Source: Candidatus Heimdallarchaeota archaeon
Lineage (GTDB): Archaea > Asgardarchaeota > Heimdallarchaeia > Heimdallarchaeales > Kariarchaeaceae
Direction of reading: 5' to 3'
Assembly: GCA_030149205.1 (NCBI GenBank)
Contig: JASBSB010000004.1
Coordinates: forward strand, 1 to 32,000
Length of the DNA: 32,000 bases
The position numbers and the translations under genes were made by a program. The notes beneath the pieces were generated by a model. It saw only the letters and a list, made by a program, of their open reading frames with translations. It was not told where the DNA came from and ran no database searches. Each line of letters begins with the position of its first letter. Within the stretch, counting starts at the first letter, position 1. Positions 9,108-18,830 of the stretch are shown in pieces.

Positions 9108-9944
9108 TTAAGAGACGAAATTAGCAACAATCATTCCAAAGTATGTAGGAGAAGCATAAAATAACTCATCCAAGGTATAAGATTCATTCAAGAGCCCGTC
9201 GAGCATATAAATTCCAAGGTAACCACAACTGAGTGCTTGATTGACAATCTGATCGGCCTTGTCTAATATTGATTCAGAGGATTTGGTATCAGAGAGTCTG
9301 GATGAGAGCCAACCTTTAACTAATTTATCAAATTCTTCTGAAGTGCTTGAATATCCATAGATACTCTCTTTTTGATGTGTATGGGCAAGGTCACCACTGA
9401 TAATTATCCAAAAATCTGAATTCTCAGCCTGACAAAATTTTCCTAATAAGGTTCCAAACTGCTTCATTTCACTCCTCATTAACTCAGGATGTTCATACCG
9501 TCTAAATGGGAGGCTTAATATTATAAGTGGGATATCAGACTGTTGACTATACACGTGATACAATGGGACTACTTCTCCCCATCCAATATTTATTGGATAC
9601 GACCTGGTATGAATTGTAATGCCCTCAACAGGTTGAGATTCTTTTCTTAGATATTCTAATAATCGTTTACTCCCATCCAGATCAACTGAGGCGTCAATTT
9701 TATACTCCCCGAATTTTCCATCCCATTCAGCTGAACCTCTTACTTTAGAACTAAGATAAATTCCAGTATTATGATCAAGGAGAATTCCATGTGGAGTTAT
9801 TAACACTATTTTTGCAGGTTTTTTATCCAGTATGTTTCTAGACGCTTTTTGTAAAGAGTCTGCTAGCTTCTCTAACTCAGAGTTCTCTGTTCGTTCCAGT
9901 AAAATTGATCCGTGTGGAAAGAATGAAATTCCAAGAATTGGCAT
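9108..9944 (-). CDS. LigB/MEMO1-like class III extradiol dioxygenase-fold protein
   Basis: Motifs FFPHG, VLITPHG, GEVVPL, ISGDLAH and SCGYLG. Confidence 0.75.
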   Translation of the reverse strand: MPILGISFFPHGSILLERTENSELEKLADSLQKASRNILDKKPAKIVLITPHGILLDHNTGIYLSSKVRGSAEWDGKFGEYKIDASVDLDGSKRLLEYLRKESQPVEGITIHTRSYPINIGWGEVVPLYHVYSQQSDIPLIILSLPFRRYEHPELMRSEMKQFGTLLGKFCQAENSDFWIIISGDLAHTHQKESIYGYSSTSEEFDKLVKGWLSSRLSDTKSSESILDKADQIVNQALSCGYLGIYMLDGLLNESYTLDELFYASPTYFGMIVANFVS

Positions 9945-9981
9945 GGAACATCCTTAGAAAATTCAAATAAAGATGTTGCTC

Positions 9982-10524
9982 TCATAAATCGAACAAATCA
10001 AGGGTTGTGTAATTTTTCTTTACTCTTGAAATCTCTAAACTTAAGTAATTTAAGTAATTTTCCCTGAAATTTTCATCAATAATAATTATATCTACAATGA
10101 TGTAGGGACTTCCTAAGGTGTAATATTTACCAGTACCAGGAAGATATCCAACAATGATGTTATCGTCCTTCCATAGAAGGTCAGTACCTGCATCTTTGAA
10201 CAATTTGATGTAATTATCCAAATCTGGTCTCTTGGCAGGACGCAGATGTTCAGTTACAACCTCTTTGTAATCCCTCTTTCGTGTGGATTTTGGGATAGAT
10301 TTGTAAAATTTCATCCCTAGTAACATTGACTCCTCAAGAGGAGTTCTTGGAATCATTGATCCTAATTTGGAGATCGCAGACCTGTAATAATCTTCATCCT
10401 TTCTTGAGGGATTCACCCCCCTTACCCCTGATCTGGTGGCATAAACTCTCACTCTCTTTTTTGCCAGAGGTTCCACATCTAATTTGAAAGAATAGGTTGA
10501 TTGTGCTGTGACCCCATTTGACAC
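9982..10524 (-). CDS. rusA: RusA-family Holliday junction resolvase
   Basis: RPDLDNYIKLFKDA...WKDDNIIV carries the RusA catalytic aspartates; N-terminal PLAKKRVR. Confidence 0.78.
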   Translation of the reverse strand: MSNGVTAQSTYSFKLDVEPLAKKRVRVYATRSGVRGVNPSRKDEDYYRSAISKLGSMIPRTPLEESMLLGMKFYKSIPKSTRKRDYKEVVTEHLRPAKRPDLDNYIKLFKDAGTDLLWKDDNIIVGYLPGTGKYYTLGSPYIIVDIIIIDENFRENYLNYLSLEISRVKKNYTTLDLFDL

Positions 10525-10644
10525 AGAGAAATATATAGAGCTAGAATTAAATAGTTTCGGGAAAGAGCATCATTTTAATTAGTATAATTCCTGTTGACTC
10601 AAATATAAGAGAATATTTTTGAGGATTAAGATATAAATTCTGTT

Positions 10645-11997
10645 GTGGAAGTTTATGAAAATATCTTGGAAACCGTAGGGAATACCCCATTGATCCGACT
10701 CAGATCCTATGAAGAACGAGGAATAAAGATATTTGCAAAATTGGAGACATTTAATCCTGGAAACTCTAGTAAGGATAGAATCGCCTTGCCAATCATTCTA
10801 AGAGCTGAGGCTGAGGGATTACTAAAACCTGGAGGTACAATAATTGAAGCCACATCTGGAAACACTGGCCTTGCTTTAGCATTTGTTGGAATAACAAGAG
10901 GATATAATGTTATTCTAGTCATGCCAGATAAAATGAGTCCAACCAAGATAAATCTGGTTAAAGCCGTGGGGTGTGAGGTTATTGTAGCTCCAACTGAGGT
11001 CGAACCTGATGACCCAAGGTCTTACTATTCCATAGCTAAAAAGCTCAGCGAGACTGTCCCAAACAGTTTCTATACCCAGCAGTACTGGAACCTCGAAAAC
11101 CAAGAGGCTCATTATAAGTCAACCGGACCTGAAATTTGGAGACAGACCGGTGGAACAATAACACATTACTTCGCCGGAGTTGGGACTGGCGGAACTATTA
11201 GTGGAACAAGTCGATACCTAAAAGAAGTGAATCCCAAGATAAGAACAATTGGTGTAGATCCTGAGGGGTCAATCTTAGCTTATTATCATGAGCACAAAAA
11301 CACCGACATTGAAGCCAAAACATACAAGATAGAGGGGGTAGGTGAAGATATAATCCCCTCAAATGTACTGTTCGAATTTATTGATGAATTTGTTAAAGTA
11401 AATGATGTAGAGGCATTTGAAGAGACAAGGACTCTTGCCAAAAAATTCGGTATAATCGTTGGTTCTTCTGGTGGAATGGCTGTCAGAGGTGTTCTTAAAC
11501 ATTTAAAAACCATCCCTGATGATTCTGTAATAGTGGTGGTTCTTCCAGATACCGGTGAGAGATATTTGGACAAGGCATTCTCACTAAAATGGCTAAGAGA
11601 TAATCAACTGATAAAACCTGCAGAGACAATCAAAGAGATCATTGAAGCCAAATCCCCAACCTTACGTGGAATAAAATCTCTACAAAATGAGGATTACAGC
11701 ATTGAACAGTTGGTGTTTTTATTCAGAAAATTTCCACAGATTCAGCTTGTGTTAATCGGTGCAATTGATTATGGATTCAGATACATTACAAAAACAGAGG
11801 TTAGAAAAGTGGTTTTAAGCAAATCTAACATAAAAATTCCCTCAATAAATGACCTACCTACTGCTAAAATTTATGATGATACACATTCACTCGATTATTA
11901 CAAAGCCAGATTAGTTGAAGAATCAGTCATTCTGATACAAACAAAGGACAATCTTGAGGTATTGACACTATCAGACTTCGGATTTGATGACTCATGA
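10645..11997 (+). CDS. cbs: Cystathionine beta-synthase / PLP-dependent cysteine synthase family, with C-terminal extension
   Basis: KLETFNPGNSSKDR (PLP lysine), EATSGNTG, GVGTGGT, IEGVG and VGSSGG; ~120-aa C-terminal extension that may be a degenerate CBS domain. Confidence 0.88.
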   Translation: MEVYENILETVGNTPLIRLRSYEERGIKIFAKLETFNPGNSSKDRIALPIILRAEAEGLLKPGGTIIEATSGNTGLALAFVGITRGYNVILVMPDKMSPTKINLVKAVGCEVIVAPTEVEPDDPRSYYSIAKKLSETVPNSFYTQQYWNLENQEAHYKSTGPEIWRQTGGTITHYFAGVGTGGTISGTSRYLKEVNPKIRTIGVDPEGSILAYYHEHKNTDIEAKTYKIEGVGEDIIPSNVLFEFIDEFVKVNDVEAFEETRTLAKKFGIIVGSSGGMAVRGVLKHLKTIPDDSVIVVVLPDTGERYLDKAFSLKWLRDNQLIKPAETIKEIIEAKSPTLRGIKSLQNEDYSIEQLVFLFRKFPQIQLVLIGAIDYGFRYITKTEVRKVVLSKSNIKIPSINDLPTAKIYDDTHSLDYYKARLVEESVILIQTKDNLEVLTLSDFGFDDS

Positions 11998-12043
11998 ATA
12001 CATTCCAAAAAACAATTAAATCAGAAAATCTATTTAGGGTATT

Positions 12044-12910
12044 ATGCCCTCCTTTCAAGAAGTGGGAATCCTTATAGATTCTGCATTGGATGTAGATAAA
12101 GACATCAGAAATCTCCCGAATCTCAAGGTAGTTCCGGTATATGTCAATTTTGGTGATATATCATATAAGGATCGCGTAGAGATATCAATCGCAAAATTCT
12201 TTGATGAGATCAAAAGCAATTCAAACTGGCCGACTACCAGCCAACCATCTCCGGGTGATTTTTATGAGGCGTACAGCGATTTTTCCAAGGATTACAAAGA
12301 AATTTACTCATTTCACGTCAGTTCTCGACTATCGGGGACTATTCAATCAGCTCAGATTGCAGCAAACCAAATTATGGAAGAAAACCCAGATGTGAAAATT
12401 CATCTTATAAATACCAAATCTGTTTCTGTGGGAGGACAGATTATCATTGAGAAGTTTCAACAGCTGTTGCAAACCTACAAGGAATATCCTGAGTTCTCGA
12501 AAGAGCTGCAAGAATTCATAAACTCAATGGAAATTTATCTGGCGCTTCACACCTTAGAATATCTCATCAGAGGCGGAAGACTAAGCAAACCCAAAGGATT
12601 TCTGGCAAGAATAATGGGTTATCAAGCCCTACTCATCATAAAAGATGGGATTATCTCACCATTTGATAAAGCAAGAGGATTTGAGAATTGTGTTAAACTT
12701 GCAGAGAAAAATGCTTTTAAAAGCAGATCTGCTGACGAAACCTTCTCCTTTGCGGTCGCACATGTCAACGAACCTGAGACTGCAAAGCAATATCTTGAAA
12801 CTCTCTCAAAAAACTTCCCAAATGCAAAAGGAAAGATAGTCTCAATTGGTCCAGCTTTGTCTGCTCATAGTGGACCAAGAGCAATGGCCTTTCTAAGCTA
12901 CAATATATAA
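12044..12910 (+). CDS. DegV family fatty-acid-binding protein
   Basis: Motifs IDSALD, PTTSQPSPGDF, HVSSRLSGT, TLEYLIRGGR and HSGP. Confidence 0.92.
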   Translation: MPSFQEVGILIDSALDVDKDIRNLPNLKVVPVYVNFGDISYKDRVEISIAKFFDEIKSNSNWPTTSQPSPGDFYEAYSDFSKDYKEIYSFHVSSRLSGTIQSAQIAANQIMEENPDVKIHLINTKSVSVGGQIIIEKFQQLLQTYKEYPEFSKELQEFINSMEIYLALHTLEYLIRGGRLSKPKGFLARIMGYQALLIIKDGIISPFDKARGFENCVKLAEKNAFKSRSADETFSFAVAHVNEPETAKQYLETLSKNFPNAKGKIVSIGPALSAHSGPRAMAFLSYNI

Positions 12911-13144
12911 ATTACACCAAAAAAAGAACCACAAATTACCGAAGGTTAAAGTACTCACCTTAGAAATAAAAGAGTAGGTAAACAACACATGATTTCCATA
13001 CTTATTGAATTAAATGCAATTTTCACTATTATTTTTACAGATTTTTTTTATCGTAAAGGGGAAGCGTTATAAAGGAAAAAATTCCCTACCATATTAACAA
13101 TCACGGCTATACCTTGAATTTTAAATTCAGCTTTATAGCAAAGA

Positions 13145-13420
13145 TTGGAGATGGACACAATGGTTTATGTAAGAAAAATCACACGAACTTGGAAAAATAA
13201 GTCTGGTGATACCAAACAGAAAGATTACTACTACTGGTACAAAAGCCGAAGAATCGGTGACAAAGTAATATCTGAATGTATTGGTAAAGCAACTAAGGCA
13301 GATTATGATAGAACACACCAACCTTTGGTTTCTGGTGAAGAGAGCCTGACTAACAAATCAGTGAACTCTAAACCAAAGATTCAAACAATTACCCAAGATA
13401 TATTTAAGAAAAAAGACTGA
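13145..13420 (+). CDS. Small basic protein with a mobile-element-type beta-sheet motif
   Basis: YVRKI..K.GD..KDYYYWYKSRRIGDKVISECIG resembles the 'YYY..S.R.G.KV....+G' pattern seen at the N-terminus of IS1634-type transposases; no catalytic domain follows. Confidence 0.5.
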   Translation: MEMDTMVYVRKITRTWKNKSGDTKQKDYYYWYKSRRIGDKVISECIGKATKADYDRTHQPLVSGEESLTNKSVNSKPKIQTITQDIFKKKD

Positions 13421-13541
13421 TTCTATCAATTAAACAAATTTCAAATTATTAAGAATTTATCAATTTAAACTAGTGATAACTAACTCTGGATAGTCAAAAA
13501 TAATTCCAGAACATTCAGAACTGATATTGAGTTGAACAGTT

Positions 13542-13696
13542 TAGGAATTGAATAGATAATGAGTAGAATACTGTAGGAATTGAATAGACAATAAGTAGAA
13601 TACTGTAGGAATTGAATAGACAATAAGTAGAATACTGTAGGAATTGAACAGATAATGAGTAGAATACTGTAGGAATTGAATAAATAATGAGTAGAA
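13542..13696 (+). repeat. 32-bp tandem repeat, ~4.8 copies
   Basis: Unit TAGGAATTGAA(T/C)A(G/A)A(T/C)AAT(G/A)AGTAGAATACTG starts at 13542, 13574, 13606, 13638 and 13670; no spacers. Confidence 0.95.
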
Positions 13697-13846
13697 CAAG
13701 CAAAGAGTTGAATAATGTAGGAGTTGAACAACTAGGGAATGGGGCTGAAAAGGAAAGAAGAATTTGGGAGTGAGGCAGATTGTTAGTAACACAGTTACGA
13801 GATAGAACAGATAAGGGAAATCTAGTTTAGGAGAGCAACAACTAGA

Positions 13847-13939
13847 GAGTGGAAGAGCGAAGGAGAATATAGATTAGGAGTGTAACAAATAGGGAGTGGA
13901 AGAGCTAAGGATAATATAGATTTGGAGTGTAACAATTCG
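13847..13939 (+). repeat. ~46-bp imperfect tandem duplication
   Basis: GAGTGGAAGAGC(G/T)AAGGA(G/T)AATATAGAT..GGAGTGTAACAA starts at 13847 and 13893. Confidence 0.85.
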
Positions 13940-14135
13940 AGACTAGAAGAACTAGGGAAAGAAGAAACAAGGTGTGGGGCAGATTCCGACTCACAAGAAA
14001 AGCATAAGGAACAATTGAAAAGTTCTGAAATAAATCAGATTAAACGAAGATCAAATCATTGTAAACTGCAAAATAACAACAGTGATAAAACTCATACAAA
14101 AGGATGTCAAGCAGACCATGATTACATCTTTACAT

Positions 14136-15065
14136 CTAGAAATAATCTGAGATAAATGTCTGAGTTGGTTTCGAAAGTTTCTCTTTGATAGTTTGTAACA
14201 TATCTGCATTTTCTGAGATAAATTGAGGAGTCAGCTTGCTGAATGCCTCCTTCATCATCTCCTCTGAATCACTATCAGATAAAGCACACTCAAGGTGGTA
14301 ACTCACATTTCCAACAATCTTCCCTCTGGGGGTTTCAATCCATGAAGGTTTACTAAGCTTAGGCTCACCTTTCTGGATAGGTTCCTTGCACACAAAGCAT
14401 TTTGCCCTGCTTGATTTTGCCACAGAAAACTCACAAGTTGTGTTTGGTGGATTATCAAGTTCAGCAGAAACATAAATCTGCAGCTTATTTTCCTCAGAGG
14501 GAGGTTCATTTAAGTATACCTTGGTGTCTGGGTCTGAATAGAGGAGAACTCCACCCTCCTCACTTAAATCTGACAATACACCCTTAAGGTAAACTGTATC
14601 TCCCTTCTTTATCTCTTGATTAGTGTCAAATAACAAGAATTTCACCCTTCTAGCCGAATTTCCTATCTGCAGGGTCTTTGCATCAACAAATGAACCCCTG
14701 AATTCAACCTCTCTTGCTGGGAGCAATCTGAACACCTTCGCCTGAACATTTACCTTGCCCTCCTCTCCTGTCAGGTCTTCTACCTCAAAAAAAGACACAC
14801 CCGAACTCAATGATTTCTCCTTAAGTTTTGCCAGCTCACTCTCTTGTTCTGGTGTCAGAAGGTCTAAACCCTCTGCATTTATGAAGGCATCAGGGTTATT
14901 TTTTAACATACACTCAATATGGTGCCACTTGTACGAGGTGAACTCATCCTCACCTCTTTTGAAAACTGATTCTAATCCAAACCTAGGGGTGTCCTTCTCT
15001 ATCTTTTGATTACAGATCTTGCATGTCGATCTGTTTGACTTAGCCAACTCGATTTTGGAAACCAT
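14136..15065 (-). CDS. PARP-type zinc finger - OB fold - PARP-type zinc finger protein
   Basis: IELAKSNRSTCKIC...WHHIEC and FSVAKSSRAKCFVC...YHLEC are both zf-PARP CxxC..HxxC motifs. The central GKVNVQAKV..REVEF..TLQIG..RVKFLLFD..IKKGDTVYLKG is RPA-like OB. Confidence 0.85.
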   Translation of the reverse strand: MVSKIELAKSNRSTCKICNQKIEKDTPRFGLESVFKRGEDEFTSYKWHHIECMLKNNPDAFINAEGLDLLTPEQESELAKLKEKSLSSGVSFFEVEDLTGEEGKVNVQAKVFRLLPAREVEFRGSFVDAKTLQIGNSARRVKFLLFDTNQEIKKGDTVYLKGVLSDLSEEGGVLLYSDPDTKVYLNEPPSEENKLQIYVSAELDNPPNTTCEFSVAKSSRAKCFVCKEPIQKGEPKLSKPSWIETPRGKIVGNVSYHLECALSDSDSEEMMKEAFSKLTPQFISENADMLQTIKEKLSKPTQTFISDYF

Positions 15066-15354
15066 AACACCTGATATTTCTAAGGCTAAAATAGTTTATA
15101 CTAAAATTTTAGAAAAATTCTTTTGTTTTCCAATGAAATTGACCTAATTTAGAAAGTGAAACACAGACGAACTATAAATTTTCAATCATAGCTCGTATCA
15201 ATCTACGTGTACACCAACAATAACACTTCTTTGCACCAGCAAAATTAAACCCTGTTGTGGACGATTTTCTATTCTCCTCTATTGTAATCATAGCTTACAC
15301 GTCCTGTATCCTTGAATTCTTAGACTAGACTAATAAATTGAAGGATATAATTTA

Positions 15355-16074
15355 CTACCCCCTCAGCTTCCACCGTACACGCCAGAACTCCACTGGTTCA
15401 TTTATCTCACCTTTACTTAGCATTTCAATCAATTCATAGTTTCTTTTGTTTATGAGCTGCTCCAGATAATTATAGGCTGGAAGAAACAAAAATCCTAAGG
15501 AAGCAGCTAATTGAAGAATTAGATTAAATCCTGATGTGTTACTTTTATTAAAAGTTAACATGAGAAGAACAAGGACAGGATACGAAATCAACACAGTAAT
15601 AATTAGATTCACAACTATTGAGTAATTTAAGGTAAGGGAATTATGATGGTCTTTAAGGTAACCCTCGTGATTTTTGTTTGAGAGATACTTAAACATATTC
15701 CTTGGATAAATTGTGAAAAATATGAAATGATTAATTGCTATTAAGGTGTTTGTCAAAACGAAAATTCCAGGTGTTAAAGCCTCTTTATAAAATAAAAGAT
15801 ACAAAAAATACTGAAGCATGAGCAAACCAGTTGGAATGTATATTTCAAACAAAAGGGAGCGAAAGACTCCATGCTCCAAGAACCATGAACGCTTTCTTAT
15901 CATGAACACAAGCTGAAAAATAAACACCAATGACTTTATCCCCAGAAAAATCCCATAGAGAACCAACATCATCAGCCATCTTGGGAAAATCAAGAAGGGT
16001 TGAAGGAGAATAATCTCAATTCCAATAAACCCAATGTACAGATACTCTATAAATTCAACTACTTTGTTATTCAT
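15355..16074 (-). CDS. Multi-pass membrane protein, partner/immunity-like family I (ends RWKLRG)
   Basis: About 6 TM segments; paralog of 18953..19669 (shared FEHLY/IEYLY, HG+.RSL and EQ.INKR..EFWR.RW.LRG); SD AGGAG upstream. Confidence 0.75.
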   Translation of the reverse strand: MNNKVVEFIEYLYIGFIGIEIILLQPFLIFPRWLMMLVLYGIFLGIKSLVFIFQLVFMIRKRSWFLEHGVFRSLLFEIYIPTGLLMLQYFLYLLFYKEALTPGIFVLTNTLIAINHFIFFTIYPRNMFKYLSNKNHEGYLKDHHNSLTLNYSIVVNLIITVLISYPVLVLLMLTFNKSNTSGFNLILQLAASLGFLFLPAYNYLEQLINKRNYELIEMLSKGEINEPVEFWRVRWKLRG

Positions 16075-16089
16075 TTTATTCTCCTATGT

Positions 16090-16185
16090 TTAATTTATTA
16101 ATTGACCAGCCATTAGTGCTAGAATAATGATTAGCACAGGTGTAAGGATGAGTTGAAGTTTTGCAAATTGGTGTACTTTATCCAT
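16090..16185 (-). pseudogene. Short hydrophobic C-terminal remnant (31 codons), possible tip fragment
   Basis: Reads MDKVHQFAKLQLILTPVLIIILALMAGQLIN*, with the stop 15 nt before the family I start; an in-frame stop lies 10 codons upstream. Confidence 0.3.
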
Positions 16186-16316
16186 TCCTTTTCTTGAACC
16201 AGTTGGACTCTCTTAGAATTCCCCTATTTAATGATTAAGCAAAATAACTAAACATTACTTTAATCAGAGCAAAAGACATAAAAAAACTGAAACGATAAAA
16301 ACTGATCATGATTTTT

Positions 16317-16868
16317 CTAAATCAGTTTAAAATAGCTTAAATATCGATTTAACTCTGAAATAAAGACAATGACAACCCCAAGTACGTGAATCACAAACCA
16401 AGACCTTAGTAATAATTGGCTGTAAGATACTGTCAAATCTTCTTTTTGAGGCAGTGGTCTTTCTAGACAAAGTGGAATTATATAAAATGGAAGTTTAAAT
16501 AATGGGATTGTTATTAACTCTTCAAGTTGTCCATCGGTGAGCGAATCTAAATAAAAGTTCAACATATATTCTATGAGCAAAAATAAAAAAAATGCAGTTA
16601 AAGGAAAAATTGGAACATAATAAGAGGAAAAGAATGAAAGGGCCAGAAGGACTAAACCAAGAGTATGAAAAATGAATTGGTTTTTCTTATTTGTGACCTC
16701 TTTAACATATTTCAAATACGGTTTGTACTGATTTTTTAAAAAGCGATTCGAGAAAAGGTACCTAAATAAATTTAACAGCTGAAAAGCTATATTTAGGAGA
16801 ATACTAAATAACATAGTGCTTACAATTATAATAATAAGCGAACCAAGCAAATAGAGATTCATTTCCAA
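16317..16868 (-). CDS. Membrane protein, candidate partner of module A
   Basis: About 4 TM segments; starts 6 nt after the stop of the module A tip (16875). Confidence 0.65.
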   Translation of the reverse strand: MEMNLYLLGSLIIIIVSTMLFSILLNIAFQLLNLFRYLFSNRFLKNQYKPYLKYVKEVTNKKNQFIFHTLGLVLLALSFFSSYYVPIFPLTAFFLFLLIEYMLNFYLDSLTDGQLEELITIPLFKLPFYIIPLCLERPLPQKEDLTVSYSQLLLRSWFVIHVLGVVIVFISELNRYLSYFKLI

Positions 16869-16874
16869 ATGTAC

Positions 16875-17326
16875 CTATAATCGCTTCATTGAGCCTGCCC
16901 AAAGCCACATGTTCATAAAGTGGTAAAATGTTAATGTACCGGCGTAAAGGAACTTAAGAACATCCATTTGATAGTCACTCGCAGATTCCTTGAAAAAAGA
17001 TATTCTACTCACAAAATTGATTATGTGATTTAAAATTTTACCAAATACTGCTATTGTCATGTAATTCAACCGAATCTTCACCCCGTCAATAGTGAAGCAG
17101 CCCTGATGGTCTGCAAGGCTGTAGTACTCATTGTCCTAAGCTCGCTGACAAAGTCCACCAGGGTCACCTCAGGCTTGCCAATGATGCTCATCACCCACAG
17201 GTTCTGCAACCAGCTCTCTTGGTAGATTAAATTTGAAATCAGTTGATTTTTAGGTGTTGTGGGAATTGTAATAAAAGCCTTCTGATGAGTCCAGGCATTC
17301 ACGTATCTAATATCCATTAATCTCAT
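16875..17326 (-). pseudogene. Orphan module A: leader + core-homology block + short tip, frameshifted
   Basis: 17078..17326 encodes WLQNLWVMSIIGKPEVTLVDFVSE..ALQTI. A 1-bp deletion near 17101-17104 relative to the main gene (gcagccc-tgatgg vs gccgtccttgatgg) shifts TIDGVK and the tip into ORF 16875..17081. Confidence 0.8.
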
Positions 17327-17342
17327 TTAAGTTTATCGCACA
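17300..17342 (-). promoter_or_regulatory. Cassette-head motif copy A
   Basis: TGTGCGATAAACTTAA + 24 nt + GTG. Confidence 0.65.
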
Positions 17343-17607
17343 AAACTCATCTTTTAACATAACTTCTAATCTTGCTTTATTATCCTCAGTCTCAAAAACT
17401 ACTTGTAAGTCATCCTATATGTCTGAACTATAACATTTCTTACCAAAATTAATGTTTCAATATTTTTTTTCATCATTAACTCTAATCATACATCGGTTAT
17501 AGAAATTAAAATTCCTTAACTTGCATATAACAATTTTCAAGCTTTAAAAAGTTCATTCAAAATTATTACTAATTAAAATCATTTTCATCTTTAAGATTTT
17601 AAGATAT

Positions 17608-18729
17608 TTAAACTGGACCGATTAGTAGAACATTTTTATCTTCTCGAACTTTTCTATATAATTTACAAGTTAGGTCTTTATCCTCTTCAGTGAATGAAGT
17701 TGAAAGTACTTCAGCAAAATTATAAATATTAGGGTCTTCTTTAAAGCCTAATAAAAATGACTTGTCTAAGGAGTTGGTGTTTGTTAAAAGAATAACTGTA
17801 AATTTAGTAGTAACAAGAAAATCAGGATCGATAAATTCAATTGGATTATGGCGTAGATCAAGGAAATTTACATCACAATTGATTAAATCTGTCGAAAATA
17901 ATTTTGTAATTTGATTATGACGTAAATCTAGTAGAAAGGCTGAAGCATCAAAGAAATTTGTCAATGACTGGATCCCAAGGTCATTAAAATTTAAAATTGG
18001 AATCGCTCTGTATTTCTGAATACCAAATATTTTAATCATTGCAACAATTAATCTATTAATAAAATGAACGTAAGCAAATGGTAATAAAATTTTTTGAGGC
18101 TCTAAATTTTTGGATGTCTTTGCTTTCAGAATTACATCTTGAACTCTTGCACTCGAAAATTTTGCAATGTTTTGATACTGTAGATATTTGCGCATATCTT
18201 GATTGTTAAGTAAATTACCCCTCCAGTATATTATCAAGATAAAATAAAATAAAATTGCTGGAACATAAAAATAAATTACCCCTCTTCTAAAATCAAGGAA
18301 GATTGACTCATAAGAACTATTGGCAAGTTCATTTAAGGTGTATATTCCTAAAATACCTGATGCACAAAAACCTATGAATGTCCAATAAGAATTTAGTATT
18401 GTTTTAAATATACCTAAATTAATAAAAAGGAACACAAAAATCCCAATAAGCCCCAGTATTAATAATCCGCCTAAAATCAATTGATAAACGATTGCTCCTA
18501 GATATAAGAGAAATTTTTCCCTCCGATGTATAAATAAAATTAAACCTAGTTGTCCTACAACCATCATAAGAACCGAAGTTATGAAGTAATTTAGCTTATT
18601 ATCAATTTTTAGCTGGGGATAATCTTCCGTGATATATACCAGTTTTGGAGAGCTAATTTTCCGCAGCATTTCCTCAAAAACTAAATATTGGCGGATTTTG
18701 TCCAAATCTTTTTGTGATGCGTTTATCAT
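17608..18729 (-). CDS. Membrane protein with C-terminal leucine-rich repeats
   Basis: About 5 N-terminal TM segments; LNFNDLGIQSL, LDLRHNQITKL and LDLRHNPIEFI (LxLxxNxI); SD AGGAGG upstream. Confidence 0.75.
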   Translation of the reverse strand: MINASQKDLDKIRQYLVFEEMLRKISSPKLVYITEDYPQLKIDNKLNYFITSVLMMVVGQLGLILFIHRREKFLLYLGAIVYQLILGGLLILGLIGIFVFLFINLGIFKTILNSYWTFIGFCASGILGIYTLNELANSSYESIFLDFRRGVIYFYVPAILFYFILIIYWRGNLLNNQDMRKYLQYQNIAKFSSARVQDVILKAKTSKNLEPQKILLPFAYVHFINRLIVAMIKIFGIQKYRAIPILNFNDLGIQSLTNFFDASAFLLDLRHNQITKLFSTDLINCDVNFLDLRHNPIEFIDPDFLVTTKFTVILLTNTNSLDKSFLLGFKEDPNIYNFAEVLSTSFTEEDKDLTCKLYRKVREDKNVLLIGPV

Positions 18730-18830
18730 ATGCGAAATCTTACCTCCTAGTTAAAATACAGTGGTTAGAAAGGATGAGTAAAGTCTCATAAGAGGTCTGG
18801 TGCATACAGGTTGCTGATCTATTCATAAGG

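Noticed and set aside
13542-13696. CRISPR array (the unit contains GGAATTGAA, like the 3' end of some archaeal CRISPR repeats)
   Set aside because: Units are head-to-tail with no unique spacers, and there are no cas genes in the window.
13480-13792. Three overlapping minus-strand ORFs
   Set aside because: They arise from a 32-bp repeat read in shifting frames and are low-complexity artefacts.
13922-14155. 77-aa plus-strand ORF
   Set aside because: It lies in the purine-skewed repeat tract, overlaps the PARP-finger gene end and has no domain signal.
18788-18828. Sixth leader remnant (LMNRSATCMHQTSY)
   Set aside because: The CxHQxS[YF] match needs two gaps, and the BRE/TATA motif and GTG are absent.
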